The position numbers were made by a program, and so were the translations under genes. Positions 59,763 through 64,000 of a DNA stretch of 64,000 bases are shown in pieces. The DNA comes from Octopus vulgaris (lineage: Eukaryota): assembly GCA_951406725.2 (NCBI GenBank), contig OX597821.1, forward strand, positions 2,790,001 through 2,854,000, given 5' to 3'. Under the pieces are notes generated by a model. The model saw nothing but the letters and a program-made list of their open reading frames with translations. It had not been told where the DNA came from and did not search any database. Position 1 is the first letter of the stretch. Each line of letters begins with the position of its first letter.

Positions 59763-60300
59763 TTTGATATAGAAAGTATTATCACAATAGGAATGTTTTA
59801 CATTCAAATGTTCGGACACAAGTATCGTCATCAACAGAAGTGTAAGCGAAATGGATTGTTATTAAAATTTGGTTGGGTTACTTGCTTCACCAATTACACG
59901 GAACTAAGTCGGTGAACATCACAATCACTTCTTTCGTCTGATAGAAGACAAATAAAACACAGTTTTTAAAAGTCAAACTAGTATTATCCATATCAGATAA
60001 TACTTCAATTTATTTACATTATATTACATTTCGAATTTAGTAACATGGGTGTTACTGGCAGATAAAAAGCCCTCAATATTGATACAAAAGTTATATGTGT
60101 GTGAGTATGCGTGTATGTACCTGCGTGTGCATGCGCATGTGCTCGGCTTGTGTGTCTGCGTACGAGTATATGTGCGTGCGTACGTGTTTGAGTGCCTGAA
60201 TGTGTGAGTGTATGGTTTTAACTAGATTGATAAAAATGATAGATATATATCAAACGAGAAGAGAGACAGGGCGAGTAACCAACACACGTACACTGCCACT

Positions 60301-60341
<41 letters not shown>

Positions 60342-60392
60342 TATGTATATCTATCTATATATATATACATATATATACATGTATATATATAC

Positions 60393-60459
<67 letters not shown>

Positions 60460-60461
<2 letters not shown>

Positions 60462-60609
60462 GGAGTAAACACATAAATGTGAAACAAGGTGGAACAAAGA
60501 GTACTCAATACCAGTGATAGAGTAATATGCTTTATTTAAAGCAGCAGAAAATTCAACAAACCCTGTTACTTTGAGTTTCCCGTTGCCGTTCACCGGACAG
60601 TTTTTGCTA

Positions 60610-60611
<2 letters not shown>
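60460..60611 (-). mobile_element. Short hammerhead-like cassette between (TA)n tracts
   Basis: 60563-60600 (minus) reads CUGU CCGGUGA A CG-GCAA-CG G GAA ACU-CAA-AGU A ACAG; stems I and III pair, core degenerate; AATAAA downstream. Confidence 0.6.
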
Positions 60612-60665
<54 letters not shown>

Positions 60666-61030
60666 CACACACACATATAAACACACGCACTCATATATAT
60701 GTAGAGAGATATAAAAAGAGACACAGCGAGATTGATCAACAGACGGACTGATAGAGTTTTTCCGATGTGTCTACATTGACATAAGGTGATGGTCATGAAC
60801 TCGATACAATTATCAGTGATTATTAATATGTTCTAAATAACACTGTTTTGAGTGCCAATTAAAACTGTTTATTTACCTGTCTCTATTTTAATTAAATATC
60901 TACAGTTCATTATTGCAAGGTGTGTATAGGTTGCGACAATTTAAGTATTAATGAGGATTTTATCGGAATTTCCTATTAAAATGGTCATCTGCTAAGTAAT
61001 TGCCGCCTGAACTAATATATATTGTTGATG

Positions 61031-61118
<88 letters not shown>

Positions 61119-61196
61119 AATATAACTATGTATATATATATATATACTCATTCTTATATATCATATAAAAATAATATTCATGGTAATATGATAATG

Positions 61197-61235
<39 letters not shown>

Positions 61236-61309
61236 TTAATAATAATAATAATGATAATATTTATTATTATTATTATTACCATTATTATTATTGTTATGAT
61301 TATTATTAC

Positions 61310-61393
<84 letters not shown>

Positions 61394-61408
61394 TATTATT
61401 ATTGTTAT

Positions 61409-61457
<49 letters not shown>

Positions 61458-61491
61458 TATTATTATTGTTATGATTATTATTACTATTTAC

Positions 61492-61552
<61 letters not shown>

Positions 61553-61575
61553 TATTATTATTATGATATTATTAC

Positions 61576-61614
<39 letters not shown>

Positions 61615-61668
61615 TATTATTATTGTTATGATTATTATTACTATTATTACTATTATTACTATTATTAC

Positions 61669-61725
<57 letters not shown>

Positions 61726-61726
<1 letters not shown>

Positions 61727-62470
61727 GCATGCACAATCTCAGCTTTATTATGCTGGATATTGTGGGAATTGTCAGCCGCCACAGCCACCACACGAAGCAG
61801 GCACGTATTTATTCATCATAATTTTAGAACTCTCTGGAGGACTCTTGTACTTCCAAGCAACGATGAATTTTGTAAGTGCTCTATTTTTACACTCGTTGTT
61901 GTGTTTTTGATCCATGTCGTTTGTTGGATATTCATAATTCTATATGCACATATCTCCATTGGCATCACGTCCACTTTCGGCATTTAAACCCTCCATATTT
62001 TCCACTCCCATTCATCATTGTAGCTCCTCTATCTTCTTTCTCTTCAATCCTGTTGTCACCAGGATATGCTACCTCAATTATCAGCCATTTTCGTTCCTTT
62101 TCTCTTCACTACAACAATGCCACGTTTCCGAATTTTAATCTCACCAACTCCTTCTAGGATTTGGTTATATAATGTATTTCATCTTTCACAAGCAAAATTT
62201 CCCCAAGGCTGCCAATGGAGCATTTTTCCGCCAAACAATCTGCATTTGTCGCTCTCATTTGATTTTTCAATTGTGCACTCCACGTCATTTGTCCTAAATG
62301 CTTGCTCTCTGTCGCACGTATAAATGTTTTGTTTCCATCTTCAATACACTCCTCCTCATCCAAAGTAAGTAGCCTTCTGCATCAGACCTGCCTCACATAT
62401 CCCATGCAAACTCTTCGCAGATATTTTCCTTTCAATGACATCTCCTTTTTCATGATTCTATCCTCTTACA
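61726..62470 (-). pseudogene. Degraded R4/Dong-like relic (lineage D) ending at (AAT)n
   Basis: Minus-strand C-terminus LQNSSLLGSTRVLQRVL; PGDNRIEEKE upstream. Confidence 0.6.
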
Positions 62471-62664
62471 TTTTTTCTTTCTTAACAAAATTGTCAATTT
62501 TGATGCTGCTGGGCATTTGTCTTTACGTTCGAGGGTGAAAGCTGTCCGCGATTTAGCTTTGCCTTTCATGCTTTTTTCGGATCGATAGCGTAAATACCGT
62601 CTAAATGTAGGGTCGTTGTAATCGATTAGCTCCTCTGCCAAAATGTCATGCCATTAGTAGAAAG

Positions 62665-62822
62665 AATCATCATCATCATCATCATCATCATCGTCGTCAT
62701 CATCATCGTCATCATCATCATCACCATCGTCATCATCATCATCACCATCATCCTCATCAAAATCATCATCATCATCATCATCATTATGATCATCATGATC
62801 ATCATCGTCATCATCATCATCG

Positions 62823-62894
<72 letters not shown>

Positions 62895-62912
62895 CCATCA
62901 TCATCATCATCG

Positions 62913-62990
<78 letters not shown>

Positions 62991-62997
62991 GCATCAT
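62665..62997. repeat. (ATC)n array
   Basis: Read directly. Confidence 0.97.
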
Positions 62998-63392
62998 ATG
63001 AAAACTCACAGTTAATTTTGCTGGGAAAGTGTTAGCTGTCCGCAGCCAGCAGACTAAGTTCACTCTTGTTTACTGGTCATGCTTCAAGAACTTTGCGAAG
63101 AATTCTTGCAGTTCCAAGCAATGCTGATTTTTGAAAGTGTTCTACCTCCACACTTGCACCAATCTTTTTCAGCCATGTTGGTAGTTGAGTGCTTATACTT
63201 CCAAGTGCACCAATTACTATTGTATCACGTCTACTCTCTTCAATTTTTATTCACCCCGACAGTGTCCGGTTTCCGATGTCTGGTCGGGTGATTGCATCCC
63301 ACAAAATTTTGTAATTCAAATGATCGCACTGGATCATTGCATCCCACAGGATTTTGCAATTCAAATGATCACACTTGATCCTTGCAGCCCAC
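62998..63392 (-). mobile_element. R4/Dong-like 3' end (lineage C) with a 45-bp tandem duplication at its 5' junction
   Basis: Minus strand KILWDAMIQCDHL, RPDIG, VEHFQKSALLGTARILRKVLEA*; lies between (AAT)n and (GAT)n. Confidence 0.8.
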
Positions 63393-63526
<134 letters not shown>

Positions 63527-64000
63527 TACGTCGCGTAGTATACAATATCGTGAGGTTGTTGATTACACAGGAAGTCTTAGTCACATGAAGGGCGAAGTTA
63601 ATCATCAAGCTGGAATTGTGAGTTTGCACGGCGGGCATTACACGGCAATCGTACTTGTAATTATTTGATTATACAAGAAAATATAGACATTTTTACTATC
63701 AAAAATATTCTAATAATCTAATTCAAAATTTTCTCCAAGAGGAATTTTGATTAATACAATATAATATTATGATGTTTACATAAAATATTACATGACCAAT
63801 CTAGCAGAAATTTCAGATATATTCCACATTAAGAAGTGATTGTTTTTGTCATATAATCGTTTACACATTAGAAACAGAACCGCCGACTATATAATTAATC
63901 AACAGACGGGTAAATAAACTTTAATAATTGGGTGACAAAAAGACGAAATTGAAATTTCCTATTGCCGGAACGATAATATATTGAAGTTTGATATTACGGG

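Overview
AT-rich, gene-poor animal genomic DNA. It is most likely an Octopus (coleoid cephalopod) intron or intergenic region, inferred from the very dense (TA)n/(AAT)n/(ATC)n microsatellites and the tRNA-derived SINE repertoire. Most ORFs in the track are microsatellite artefacts. The real content is mobile DNA. (1) A young, 5'-truncated Penelope-like element (RT + Zn-finger + GIY-YIG, Neptune type, minus strand, 35827-38545) has an inverted pseudo-LTR; both arms carry an intact minimal hammerhead ribozyme with a compensatory U3-A8 core. (2) Three further short hammerhead-like cassettes sit between (TA)n tracts. (3) At least five lineages of R4/Dong-like RLE retrotransposon fragments, plus a non-coding partner element, lie mostly in (TAA)n. 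(4) There are RTE and CR1 LINE relics, Tc1 and mariner transposons, a Tigger-like MITE, a Helitron relic, and many modular SINEs. No host gene is identified with confidence; a few minus-strand exon candidates are flagged at low confidence. All alignments and RNA folds were done by eye; family names are from recall, not database searches.
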